A stretch of DNA of 64,000 nt from assembly GCF_016433145.1 (NCBI RefSeq), contig NC_058130.1:378118292-378182291 (forward strand). Direction: 5' to 3'. The notes below the pieces were generated by a model. The model was not told where the DNA came from. It did no database searches and saw only the letters and a program-made list of their open reading frames with translations. The DNA comes from Gracilinanus agilis (taxonomy: Eukaryota). Of this stretch, positions 25,700-38,419 are shown in pieces. Each line of letters opens with the position of its first letter. Position 1 is the first letter of the stretch. A program made the position numbers and the translations under genes.

Positions 25700-25910
25700 C
25701 TAGGGATCTAGATGTTCTCTTTCCACCCTTCCTCCCAGCTTAGGTTGGAGTCAGATGATCTGAGTTTGAATCTTGGCTCTGCCATTTACTCCTTGTGTGA
25801 CCTTGGGCAAGCTCCTTCACTCCCTTGGGTCTCCAGTGTCTCATCTATAAACTGAAAGGGTGAGACCAGAGGACTTCTAAGGTTTCCTTCCAACACTCAA
25901 TTTATGACTA
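25700..25910 (+). mobile_element. MIR3-type SINE
   Basis: GAGTTTGAATCTTGGCTCTGCCA, CORE, GACTTCTAAGGTTTCCTTCC tail. Confidence 0.65.
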
Positions 25911-26729
25911 TGCCTCCCAACTTAATGAGATTCTATTTCATAACACAGTGCAAACTATTATTTTCCCACATTTTGCTTCCACCCCCTCAGAATTGATGTG
26001 GTTGTGGTTTGGGAAATAATGGTCTGGAAGGTTTAATCCATTGGCAAAAGAGCCAGAGAAAAAAGCTTAATTAGGCCTGTTCTTTACGGTCTACCTAACA
26101 GAGAACAGAGACCAAAGTATTGAGTGGTTGCCATTCTGAAGAGCCTGATAAAAAATACTCTTATTTTTTGCTAGCCAAAAAAAAAAAAAAAATGTTATGC
26201 TACGCAGATGGAGATGTTCTCACAACAGAGAAAACAGCCAATGAAAGCAGTGAATTTTTGGAGGCCACCCATAAGGCACAAACCTAATCTCTGGATATCT
26301 TGCCAGAAGTGTGTGGGGAAAAAAAAGATAGGAACAGATAGGATCAGTGTTTGTGAAACCAGGTGGGGAAAAAATGGGTTGGGGGCGTAGAAGGGGATAG
26401 AGATTGATTGCACAGTACAAAGATAGAAATTGAATTGGAACCAAAGGCATTGGACTTAATGTTCAGGAACATAATGGAAGTAGGAATTATGAAATAATTC
26501 CCCTCTGTGACAGAGGACTTACTACAAAGGAAGTGGTTAGTCTGCCCACAAGCCTTTAGTGTTTACTATCTGCCAGCCACTTCACTAAATGCTGAAGATA
26601 CAAAGAATGGTTTAAAAAGAAAAAAAAAAGGAGTAATGGGTAGAACAGTGCAGGGCAGGGCTAAGCTGAGCCTGACTAATTAGCAGTAGAGTCTAGACTT
26701 TGATCCAGGTCCCTGACTCATGTTCGAAC

Positions 26730-26970
26730 ATTTTCAAAGAGTACATGGAACTCTGAGTTTGCAGTTAGAAAAATCTGGGTTCAAAACTCATTCGGAGCAC
26801 TAAACCTCAGTGTGGCCATGAATCTCAGTTTTCTCATCAATAAAATGGGAGAAATAACACCTGCAGCATCTACTGTAATTCACAGGGTTGTTATATAGTT
26901 CAAATGAGAGAACATATGCAAAGGGTTTTGTAAACCTCAGATCCCTATATAAGCAATGTCAGTTATTATC
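26730..26970 (+). mobile_element. MIR SINE
   Basis: CTGGGTTCAAA, CTCAGTTTTCTCATCAATAAAATGGG, CACAGGGTTGTT. Confidence 0.65.
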
Positions 26971-27199
26971 AAATGCTGCTTCTTAACTGAGACATCCTTG
27001 AAGGAAGGTAGGATTTGAGGACACCAAAAGCAGAGGTGAACTAGAAAATATTCAGTGACCAGAAATAAGGGATTATATAAGATATATATATATATATACA
27101 TATATATACATATATATGTATTAGATATATATAGGGAGAGAGAGATTAAAATTCAACAAGGAAATCTTTTCTACATCTCAGCATTTATATAGTTAATAG

Positions 27200-27660
27200 G
27201 CTTGCAACATACTTTACATATATTTTCCCAGGGTGCTATGAAGAACTCTGTGAGTTAGGTGCTATTTATTGCCTACATTTTATACATGAGAAAACTGAGG
27301 CTGAGAAGAGTTAAATGCCTTTCCCTGATATAGTAAGTGTCTGAGGCAGGATTTGAACTCATTTAAGTCATATCTGATCAAGGGTGTTGTGAGACTGAAA
27401 TGAGATAATGGATATAATTTGTGAGTTGTTCAGTCATGTCTGAATCTTTGTGATCCCATCTGTAGTTTTGGGGTTTTTTTTGCAAGGATAATGCACTGGT
27501 TTGCCATTTCCTTCTCTAACTCATTTTACAAATGAGGAAACTGAGGCAACCAGGGTTAAGTGACTTGCCCAGGGTCACACAGCTAGTCTGAGACCAGATT
27601 TGAACTCAGAAAGATGTATGTTTCTGACTTCAGGCCTAGTTCTCTATCCACTGAGCTACC
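27200..27660 (-). mobile_element. Adjacent MIR (27200-27365) and MAR1 (27410-27660) SINEs
   Basis: Two reverse CORE blocks (GAGAAAACTGAGGC, GAGGAAACTGAGGC); the second has the RTE tail complement. Confidence 0.7.
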
Positions 27661-29306
27661 TAATTTCCCAGATCTAAAGCACCTTGCAAACTTTAAAATG
27701 CTATACAAATACCAGTATTATTATAGTTGTTGTAGTTGTTATTCTACAATCAGATCACCAGGCCTCAAATGGGATGATAACTTCCTTCCCTGTTCCTTAC
27801 TATCCTGCTGAGTTCCAGCAGTGTTTATGGGGCCATAGAGAGGTGTACTCGTTAAGATTTAACAGCCAAGGATGTCAGAGGAAGATGATGTATTTGTATA
27901 CTTTTTAAATGTAATCTGAGTTATTTGTATTTGCTTTAATCTAAACAATGAACAAGAGAATAAATCAAGCACTGATTTGTAATGATTCTGTTATTTCTGA
28001 GATGTAAAAGCTTATGCTGAAAATGTACCTATCAGTGCTAGTCTGCTGTTTAGAACAGGCAATTTAAAATGGATATTAGAGTCTTTATGCATCAATTATT
28101 TACATTGTGGGAAATCCACTGTAAATTTTGTTTTCAAGTTCTAATGAAAGGTTGGACCCAAAACTCTTTAATGCCCCTTGAATACTGAAAATAGTTTGTG
28201 AATTAACCCCTAAGACTGACAACATTAAATGTTTTGTTGACATTTCACACTTTCTCTGCTTACTCCTACTTTGTAGTAAGGCCCTGGAGGAACTCAAAAT
28301 TCCTTTGAAGTCAAACCATTAACTAAAGAACATTTGACTTCATTGGTTTCTAAAGTATGATTCTGGGACTCCTTGAGAAGCTGCACAGATACCTTTTTTT
28401 TTATTAAATTAATCCAGTAGTAAACAAGTAAACATCTATTGACTGAAAAAATATATTAAACATATTTTAAAGCAAAATACATGTATTTAAGCATAGCTTA
28501 CAAATGGAAACTTTCCAACCAGTTAAGTCAGCAACCTATCTATCACTTGAAGTTTTAAGGAGTCACCTAGAGGCAGAAATGTTAAGTATCCCTTTGCTAT
28601 GGCTAGGAAGTATCAGAGATTTAATTTAATCTCATGTGTCCAAGACTCCTAAGGAAGTCCTCTATGCATTATAGCAGGCTACATTTAAGAGAGACAGGCA
28701 GACAGACAGAGAGTTTAGATGGTTGAAATGCAACATTTATTTTGTGATATTCATTTTTGATTGTTTTATAGTTGCTCTTCTTTCTAATTACATGGTCATA
28801 GTCATTGTATAGACTGTTTTCCTGGCTCTGCTTACTTCAGTTTGCATGAGATTACTTAAATTTTGATAAATATGATATATCATGACATATATTATAAATA
28901 GTATCATATCTACACATACAAATATGTAAATATGCATAATTTTTCAAAAGCATATAGATGCTTGTGATAAAAAAACAAGACCTCAAATTCATTTAAAAGC
29001 AATACTGAAAAGTTTCAATGACCTCATGCAGAGAGAATTCAGTAGAGCAGGTAAACAATCTACACAATGATTACAACCATGTAATTAGAAAGAAAAACAA
29101 TTACAAAACAATTGAAAATAAATGTTACAAAATTACAAAGAATGTGTGGCCAAGAAGAATAGATTTGAAAAGCTAGCTCTTCTACTCTTGTGCAAAGGGG
29201 TGAAGGATATAGTGGAATATTGTATATATTGTTAACTTTTTTAGTGTATTGATTGATTTTGCTGAATTTTTTCTCTTTTTCTTCTTTTACTTTTTAAAAA
29301 GTCTAT

Positions 29307-29510
29307 CAGTGATGGGCAAACTTTTTAAAGAGGGGGCCAAAGGAAAGGTAATGCTCATCTGTCAGTCTGTTTCTAAGGCAACTCTTTCAAAGTTTCATTG
29401 TATTGTATCCTACTCGTTGTATTTATCAGATTAGGAATAATGTTGAGTAGCTGGATAGAACATTTCAGAGGGCCACATCTGGCCCGCGGGCAGTAGTTTG
29501 ACCATCACTG
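29307..29510. mobile_element. hAT (Charlie-like) MITE, same family as 55195-55403
   Basis: TIRs CAGTGATGGGCAAAC / GTTTGACCATCACTG; internal sequence is the reverse complement of the 55.2-kb copy; TSD not preserved. Confidence 0.85.
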
Positions 29511-30466
29511 TGATAGATAGTTGGTTCTCTTACAGGAAGAGGGGGGAGATGGCTAGAGAAATTTAGGAGATGTAAAAAAATGTGAGTAAAATTTTTAAAG
29601 ACCATTACTGAGTTCATAGGGGTTTATTGTCATTTTATATTTTCCTTTCTAAGGGAAATTAATAGCACCATTACTGATACACTCAGGGGAAGAGGGTGGT
29701 GAAATTTTGTTGACATTACAAATAAATCCATTAAATTCAAAAAGATTAAGAACCACTGCTTTTCTTGGGCTTATAATTTGTCTCAATTTGGGAAGTGATG
29801 TGGTTTATTCCCAGGACTGAGTGAGTTATAAGTAGAACAAGGAAGCAGGCAGAAGAGGCTCTCTCCTCCCAAATCAGGCCTTCCTAGTATGGATTCCTTC
29901 TCATTTTGTGTTGTCATATGTCCTCTCAATAAATTCAATCAAATTCAAATGTAAATATAAGAATTCTTTCTGAAGTCATATATTCAGAAATTTGGCAAAG
30001 CTTCAAGAATACATGATTTTATTAAGATTAATATTCCTTCCACCAACAGGCATCAGAACCTCTCCATACCTCAATTAATGGTTCAGAGTTTGTTTCTAAA
30101 ATCATCATTGTGGCCAATCCTATAGTGATGAATTTCTTCATATTGAAACTGATTATCAGATTACAGACAGATAGATGGATGGATAGATAGTCCATCACTG
30201 ATTTGTTCTCAAATTTTCATCAATCTACATAGACCTAACCAGAGCTTGTGTATGTTCTGACTCAGCCTTTAACATTCCAAAGCCTCCTTTATTTCATTTT
30301 GAGGAGTAGAACTTTAGTAAAGTCAGTATACAGAATGAATGATTTTTGATTGTCCATTGTTTATAACTATGTAAATATCTGTCCCCTTCTTTTAGCAATG
30401 ATAATTAACATTTATTGTACTCTGAATTTAAAAGATAAATTTAAGCATTAAAATTTTTATGAGGAG

Positions 30467-30570
30467 GGGTTGCTGGGTGGCTCAGTGGATTGAGAGCCAG
30501 GCTTAGAGACAAGAGGTCCTGAGTTCAAATATGGCCTTAGATGCTTCCTAGCTATGGGACTCTGGGTAAG
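30467..30570 (+). mobile_element. 5' half of a CORE-SINE truncated by the adjacent LTR
   Basis: GGTGGCTCAGTGGATTGAGAGCCAGGC...GAGTTCAAAT...CTGGGTAAG ends at 30570. Confidence 0.75.
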
Positions 30571-31190
30571 TGTGGTGAAAATTTATTAGCAGAAACACTA
30601 ATAAGGGGAACAAGGTCAAAATTAACTTTAAACTATATCAATAAAAGTCTCCAAGCTATAAATGAATAGATTTATTGAGAGGTGGACAGTCCAAGCTCTC
30701 ATCAAAATCAACACCAGAGATCCTGAACCTTAGGAGAAAGCCTTTTTTTATGCAAAGAAATCTGATGGCACAGTGACAGAAAATATAATCACAATTAAAT
30801 AGAATGGAGGCAAAATCTTTCACATAGGCAGTTCTTAATTAATGATAATTAATGATAGCTAATTAAACTTGAAAGTACAAAAATAATCACTATGGGTGGT
30901 AACTATGTTTATTATTATTGCTGGCCTTTCCAAGACCTCTGCAATAAGGGTCAGAGTTCAATCGTTTTCTGCTGACAATTATGATTTAATACTAAGAGTT
31001 AGCAGTTAGGTGGCACCCAAAAGTAATGTTCCACTTCCTTTTTTGTCGACGATTGCACCCAAGAGCAGTCCTCCACCTCCTTTTGGTCAAACGTCATACA
31101 TAGAGCAGGGAGTGGTGGGCTTAGTGGAAATTCTTGGGTTACAGACTTAAGATTAAAATGCCTGTAAACAAGATTTGATACCACCCTACA
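30571..31190 (-). mobile_element. Putative solo LTR (620 bp)
   Basis: TG...CA ends, TTTATTG (minus AATAAA) at ~30670; no TSD and the SINE does not resume. Confidence 0.5.
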
Positions 31191-31223
31191 CTGTATTTTT
31201 CTTAGCTAATGTTTATAATTCTT

Positions 31224-31449
31224 TTTTTTTTAATATTAAAGGAGCGAGTCTTTATTACGAGTATATTTTTTTTTCTCTTAACTTCTGTGTATTAGCTCCT
31301 AGGTGGAAGAGTGGTAAGGGTGGGCAATGGGGGTCAAGTGACTTGCCCAGGGTCACACAGGGTCACAAAATGTCTGAGGCTGGATTTGAACCCAGGACCT
31401 CCCATCTCTAGGCCTGGCTCTCAATCCACTGAGCTACCCAGCTGCCCCC
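31224..31449 (-). mobile_element. SINE1_Mdo-type SINE with extended 3' tail
   Basis: 10-bp TSD TATAATTCTT at 31214-31223 and 31450-31459; extra unique segment between two A-tracts. Confidence 0.9.
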
Positions 31450-32369
31450 TATAATTCTTATAAAGCAAATCATATAACTTGACTATTAACTCAAGACTAA
31501 TTATTATGTTATTAAAATAATCATAAAGGCTACTACTATTATAATCCTAAAAGAGGGCAGGGGTTTCAAACTCATATATATCACTTAACCTCCATTACCT
31601 AGCCCTTAATGCTCCACTACCTTGGAACCAATAAGTAGTATTGATTCTAAAATGGAAGATAAGGGTTTTAAAAAAAAAAGGTTTTATGATACTTAAAATT
31701 CAGATTGCCTAAATTAACTGGGCGTTTCCATCAAGCATTTGATATCTACTATTAAAATAGTTTAAAAGGAAATTCACTTTATCCTATGGCTAAAAATAAT
31801 GCCTATATATAATATATAATAATATATAATATATTTATATTATTCTATATGTAGTATAATAATAATATAATATACTGATATATCAAAATATTGTATTGAT
31901 ATATACCAGTGAATTAACCTAGTCCAATGGAGAACATATTGGAAAGAAATCAGACATCCTATCAATCTTTACCACTCAAGGTCTACCTTGACCACTGATT
32001 CTTCATAACACTTTGCCTGCATTTCTCCTAAGCCCTCATCATAATCTACCTTACATTCTATCTTTGTCTTCATTACACTTTCCTTTTCACTCATCTGTGT
32101 CCAGATCAAACTTCTTTTAGAAGATTATGAACTCTTCAAGAGGAGAAACATCATTAATTTTCATCTTTTAGTCTCCAGAATGGAGCATTAATATGTGCTT
32201 AGTAAATATTTATTAAATTGAATTGTGTATTATCTAGAGCTATTCTTACAGTATAAGACATTTGAGTAATTATTGTCAACTCCATGATTTAAGGGGTTTT
32301 GTTCTGTTGAACAAGAAAGAGGAAGAGAGGGAGGAGATATGTTCCCCATAAAATCTGTTAATTCATGTA

Positions 32370-32560
32370 GAGGAATCATGGTATCATAGAATGAGTGCTG
32401 ACTCATTCCAAGTTCAGTCCCAAACTCTGGCATTTAATAGCTATGTGACCTTGGATGAGTCCCTTAAATTCTTTGTGCCTCAGTTTCTTAATCTGAAAAT
32501 TAGGATAATAACACCTTATTGCATTTATCACAGAGTTATCGTGAAGAAATCTCAGCAAAC
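32370..32560 (+). mobile_element. MIR SINE
   Basis: CCCAAACTCTGGC-TT...GTGACCTTGG, CCTCAGTTTCTTAATCTGAAAAT. Confidence 0.65.
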
Positions 32561-33651
32561 TTTGACCTGATTATTAATATAACCTATTATAAACACCCAA
32601 ATCATCAACAAAAGAGTGGGAATTTCCCTTACTCCCCTTATGTGCACACAGCCCTCATACCTAACCCTTAAGGCTCTCCTTGGTTTCCATTTGAACATGA
32701 ATTGATGCACATAATAATAATGATAAGCATGATGATAATAATGGCAATTTATATTTTATAGATATTGGGTGGCATTCATGAGCAAGGCAGGCTTTTAAAC
32801 TTTACCTGGACCAGAAGACCTGTCTATGCATGATTTCAGAACTTTCTTCCTCTTCCTTTCCTGAGTTTGCACTCAGGACTGTGGTTTCCCATTTCTGGTC
32901 AAACCAGCCCTTCCCCCACCACTTTGTTTCATTGGGGCAAGGCTCTCTTTTAGTCCCATGGCTCCATATGGCACCCAGAAGAGGGAAAAAAAGAAAAAGA
33001 AATGACCATATTTTATTTGTTTTTTGGCCTGTGGTTAGTATCAGTTCATGTTTTTAAAATAAGGCTCAGGAATTTTAAAATTCCTTGCCAGGTTGCAACA
33101 GTTCAATATAAACTTCTTTCCCTACCCCCATTTTGCCTTATTAGTTCCAATCCAAGCTTTTAATGACACCTTGTTAGGCAAGATGTCTTTCATCTCCAGA
33201 GAGGACATTCAGTGCCCTATCCTCACTTCCTTTATTCTGATACATGAAAGATAAGTAAAATACAACAGTAGTTCAGATGTTACTGCCCAAAATGTATATA
33301 GTAGGTTTGAAGCATTAGAAAATAAAGTAGCATTTAAGAGGGTAATGGGCAGAAAGAGAACAGAAATCTGGGTACTAATAATCATCAGGGAAACTTCCTT
33401 TTACTGGGGCAGAGAAATGGAAGAAAGGAGAAAAAAGGAAAAAATAGTTATTATCCTCCTTCCTGTTCACCTGAGGTCAGCAAATCTGACTACTCAGCAG
33501 TCTGAATGAAATCTTCCCTCCTCCAGCCCAACTAGTCATTCACTGCAGCCTACCATGACCTTCTCATTTCTTCTTAATGGTTTGGCTTTCTCATTCTATT
33601 ACCTTCAAGTCACTTCACTAAAGACTGGGTAGGGTAAGCTTAGAAGCCAGA

Positions 33652-33655
<4 letters not shown>

Positions 33656-33705
<50 letters not shown>
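33656..33705. repeat. (TA)n microsatellite, ~25 units
   Basis: Direct reading. Confidence 0.95.
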
Positions 33706-33710
<5 letters not shown>

Positions 33711-33930
33711 ACAATCAGTGAGGAAATTTGTTTTACTTGACTATGCTTATTTCTTACAGAGATTTAGTTTTTCTTCCCCTCAATCTACCTCCCATAGGGT
33801 GATGGATGGGCAGGAGAAAAATATGTTTGCATTAATTTAAAAATAACAACAGAGACAGAGTCCCCAAATTTCATTGTCATTTAAGAGTTTTATCATGCTG
33901 AAAGAATAGCACAGATGTCACTGAATTTTG

Positions 33931-34140
33931 TTTTGTTTTCTTTTTTTTTAAAAATTTTTTTTAAACCCTTGTACTTCAGTGTATTATCTCATAGGTGGAT
34001 GATTGGTAAGGGTGGGCAATGGGGGTCAAGTGACTTGCCCAGGGTCACACAGCTGGGAAGTGGCTGAGGCCGGGTTTGAACCTAGGACCTCCTGTCTCTA
34101 GGCCTGACTCTCACTCCACTGAGCTACCCAGCTGCCCCAT
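33931..34140 (-). mobile_element. Young SINE1_Mdo-type SINE with TSD
   Basis: 15-bp TSD TGTCACTGAATTTTG at 33916-33930 and 34141-34155. Confidence 0.93.
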
Positions 34141-34939
34141 TGTCACTGAATTTTGAAGGAAGGGAAGCCTCCCTCAGCAGCCTGGAATTTCAGAGTCCTC
34201 CCAGTGCAGCATCAATGCCTCAAGTTAGACAACCATAGGGACAGCCATTAGGACACCAGCCCAGCCTAGCTGAAAGGACTCACCAAGCAATGATACCACC
34301 CTTGGATGTGAATTGGTGGGACTGATACCCTATAGGAACTGAGCTGAGTAAGCCTACTCTCTCCAGAAAAGGAAGTAGTGTTGGAGAGTCTATTAAGTGT
34401 AAAAATGTTCATAATTTGTTCTTGCTCTTAATATCACTTTATAAAAGCTACTTCATGTTAAATGAAATTGCTTCACTGATCAGAGTTCTCTGGTAACTGG
34501 GAGTGAGAAACACAGATGGTTCTAGTCAAAGATATTAGAAGAGGCACTCCATAAACCCCTCAGATTTTCCTGGCCCCTGAGGAATTATGTAGTAGGCCTG
34601 AGAAAATGAGGCTGGAATATAGATGTTTTGGTACCACAAACATTCTCTCATAGCACAACCATAGTGGACTTGGGCAACTTTTACTTTTTGTCCTAAGGAG
34701 TGATGTTGAGGGATCCCACAATCAGTATGGATTTATTAAGTATTCAATATATACAAGGCATTATTCCATACACCATGGGAAAGTATTAGGAAATATCAAG
34801 TTGAATAGTAGTGGCTTGTCCATTTCTGCCCTAACCCCCATTTTCACAAATTTAAACTTGAGACTTGGAAGTAGGATAATCTCTTCACATCTTGAAACAT
34901 AAGAAGACCCAAAAGTGACTGCCTCTATGGCTACCATAT

Positions 34940-37080
34940 CAGATAACATCTTTTTTATTATTATAAATCTGTTTGTTGCTTTCATTAAAATTCCCAAGTA
35001 TCTCCCTCTCCTCAAACTAGAGAAGGTATTGCTTGACCAAAAAAAATGTATATATAAACTGTCTCATTTTTGTTCATTATTTCTTTCAAAGGAGGTGAAC
35101 ATTCACAAGTAGTTATTCAAACCTTAATTCTGTAGCTACATATAATGTTCTCTGTATTGAGAATGTGATGAGTATTTTACTTTTCATAATTTCATGTGGG
35201 TCTTTCCATGTTTTTTAAAAAATCAACCTGCCTATCATTTGTTACTGCATAGTAATATTTCATTACAACCACAACTTGTTCAGCCATTTCCCAATTGATG
35301 GACAGTCCCTCAATTTTCTAGTTCTTTGCCATCACAAAAGAGCTGCTACAAATGTTTTAGAACATATGGGTTCTTTTCCTTTCTCCCTGATCAGATTGGT
35401 ACAGACCCAAAGTGATAATGCTGAGTCTAAAGCTATATACAGTTTTATAATTCTCTGAGCATATTTCAGATTTCTCTCCAAAATGGTTGAATTCATTCAA
35501 AGTTCTAATAACAGTGTGTTAGTGTCCCCATTTTTCCACATCCTCTCCAAAATTATCATTTTAGCCAATCTGATAGGTAGGAAATGATATCTCAGAATTG
35601 TTTGATTTGCATTTCTCTAATCAGTAATTATTTGGAGCATTTTTTTCATATGTCTATATGTGGCTTTGATTTCTTTGCCCAAAAACTGTTCATATCTTTT
35701 GACCATTCATCAACTGGAGAATGGGCCCTATTCTTATAAATTTGATCAGCTTCTCTACAAATTTTAGAAATAAGACTTGTCCAGAAAATGGTCCGTATAT
35801 TTTTTAAAATTTCTTTCTTTCCTTCTAATCTTGGCTACATTACTTTTATATGTACAAACCCTTTTGGATTTATTGTAATTAAAATTATCTATTTTATATT
35901 TCATGATGCTCTCTATCTCTTGTTTATTCATAAATTCCTCTCCTATCCATAAATCTGACAGGTAATATGTTCCTTATTCTTCTAATTTGCTTATGTCTCC
36001 CTTTATGTTTAAGACATGTATCCATTTTGATCTTATCTTACTAAATTGTTTTGTTTTTGTTTTTGTTTTTGTTTTTTAAACCCTTGTACTTTGGTGTATT
36101 GTCTCATAGGTGGAAGAGTGGTAAGGGTGGGCAATGGGGGTCAAGTGACTTGCCCAGGGTCATACAGCTGGGAAGTGGCTGAGGCCGGGTTTGAACCTAG
36201 GACCTCCTGTCTCTAGGCCTGACTCTCACTCCACTGAGCTACCCAGCTGCCCCCTATCTTACTAAATTATGTAAGATATTGGTCTATATCTATTTTCTGC
36301 CAAACTGCTTTCTAATTTTCCTAACAATTTTTACCATTTGGTGATTTCTTATCCCAAAAGCTTGGATTCATAGTTTTGTTAAATTCAAGTTTATCATAAT
36401 CTTTTACTAGTCTTTGTTGTACTACTGTTGTCTTTCACATTTCTATTTCTTAGCTACAAGATAGTTTTGATAATTACTGCTTAATAATATAGTTTAAAAT
36501 CTGGAACTGATAGACCTTCTTACTGTGCATTTTTTCATCTATTCCTTTCATATTCTTGACCTCCTGTTCTTTCAAATTAATTTTGTTATTATTTTTCTAG
36601 TTCAATAAAATTATTTTTGGTAATTTAATTGGGGTAGCATTAAGTAAGTTTAATTTAGGTAGGACTGACTTTGTCCCCCTATAAGCAATTAATATTTCTC
36701 CAATTATTTAAATATGATTTATTTGTGTACGTAGTGTTTTGTAATTACATTCATGTAGCATCTGGGTTTGTTTTGACATTTTCTCACAGGCCTGTGGTTA
36801 TTTTAAATGAGGTTTCTCTTTCTGTCTCTTCTTGCAATCTTTCTTAGTGACATATAGAATGATAATGATTTGTGTAGGTTTATTTTACATCCTGCTACTT
36901 TTCTGAAATTATTGATAATTTCAACTAACTTTTTTAGTTGAATGTATAGGATTTTCCATGTATGCCATCACATCATTTGCCCATTCTGATTTCTTCAACT
37001 TCTTTTTCTTATCTTATTGCTACTGCTAGCATTTCTAATACAGTGCATAATAATATTAGTGATGATGGGCATCCTTGTAG
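34940..37080 (-). mobile_element. Old L1 ORF2 3' half, fragmented
   Basis: AGCCATTTCCCAATTGATGGACAGTCCC, TTCTTCCAAATTAATTTTGTTATTATTTTTCTAG, GATGATGGGCATCCTTG L1 ORF2 complements. Confidence 0.8.
36048..36254 (-). mobile_element. Young SINE1_Mdo-type SINE nested in L1
   Basis: 14-bp TSD TATCTTACTAAATT at 36034-36047 and 36255-36268. Confidence 0.93.
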
Positions 37081-37189
37081 GTAGATACTTCTTTTCATTT
37101 TAAGAAAAAAATCCATTTACATCTGTGCTTTCCTGTGTTTTTTTTTAAATAAATTTCTTTATCTTTTAAGGAAGTATGCGAAAATCAAG

Positions 37190-37395
37190 AAGTCAGTATG
37201 GCATTGTGGGAAGAGTACTGCACATGGAGTCTAAAGACCTGATTTCAAATCCTGACTCAGACACTTTCCTATCACCCAGAGCAAATTGCTTAACTCTCTG
37301 AATCTCATTTTATCCATCTGTAAAATATAAGAATTAGATTTTAGATTTGATGACTTCTAATGTTGCTTTTAGATCTAAAACCATGATCCTATGAG
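37190..37395 (+). mobile_element. MIR3-type SINE
   Basis: GGCATTGTGGGAAGAG head, CORE, GATGACTTCTAA...TCTAAAACCATGATCCTATGA tail. Confidence 0.7.
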
Positions 37396-38419
37396 CTAAA
37401 TTAATGTCTTTTGTTGTAGAATCCAGAAGAGAACAAAACTTGTAAAAAAAAATCAAGCCATCAATCTAAAAAAATCAAAAAGCTTTTTCTCCTTAATTTA
37501 CTATTTGGCATAGATAACAATGAGGTTATCCTCATTATCTTGGTGTGTAAGCAAATCTGTGAAAGGTCCCATTGAACTATTCAATTAGGGAAAATGGACT
37601 TAAGTTTCATAAATAGGGCTTGGAAAATAGGGACAGTTGGATTTGCATGTAATCTAGCTCCACCTAGAGTACAGTGAATAACAGTGAATAAATAATCTGA
37701 TCTCTTTAATAAAATCAGTGGTCTGGGATCATTTTCCACAGGGACAAAAAGGCTTCTGGAACTTGCTTTTATTATATAAAATTATTATTTGTCCCAAAGT
37801 TGGCCATACTTTGTGGAGGAAATGAGCAGAAAAGCTATTTACTACAAGTCCAGGGCTAGAATGTCTTTCTTGAAGTAAAAGTAATGTATCCAATATTCAT
37901 ATTTACCCAAAATATAAATTAGTACTCATTTATTTATGACAAGATTCATTATTTTACAAAATCTTATCAGGAAAGATTCCTTTAAATTAAAATTTCATGC
38001 AGTTCTAGATGAATTGAATGTCCTTTAAAGTATTAAAAGGGCCAATATAAATGATCTAGGGACTTGAATATAACTTTAATGGGATAAAAAATGCTATGGT
38101 GTGAAAATCTCTCCAAATGCAGGTGAACATCTTCTCCACAATTTATAGATCCCTGAAATGTTAAATAACTTGCCTATGGTCACACAAACAATATGTGACA
38201 GAGGCAAGACTTGAAATCATATTTCTGACTCCCAGAGAAGTTCTGACTATGTCTTGCTGCCTCTGACTTGATTTTGAAAAACTTTAATATTTAGTGGAGT
38301 ATAATGAAGAGTACAGTAATGTCGATAAGCATTAATGTGAGACTGCTGTAATGTTAATCACTGTGCTCAGCACTGAAAATGCAAAAAGGGAGTGGATAAT
38401 CCTGTTTTCATGGATTTCC

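Noticed and set aside
32807-32963. Minus-strand exon-like segment with one open frame (HGTKREPCPNETKWWGKGWF...)
   Set aside because: AG far from the pyrimidine tract, no recognisable protein and no partner exons.
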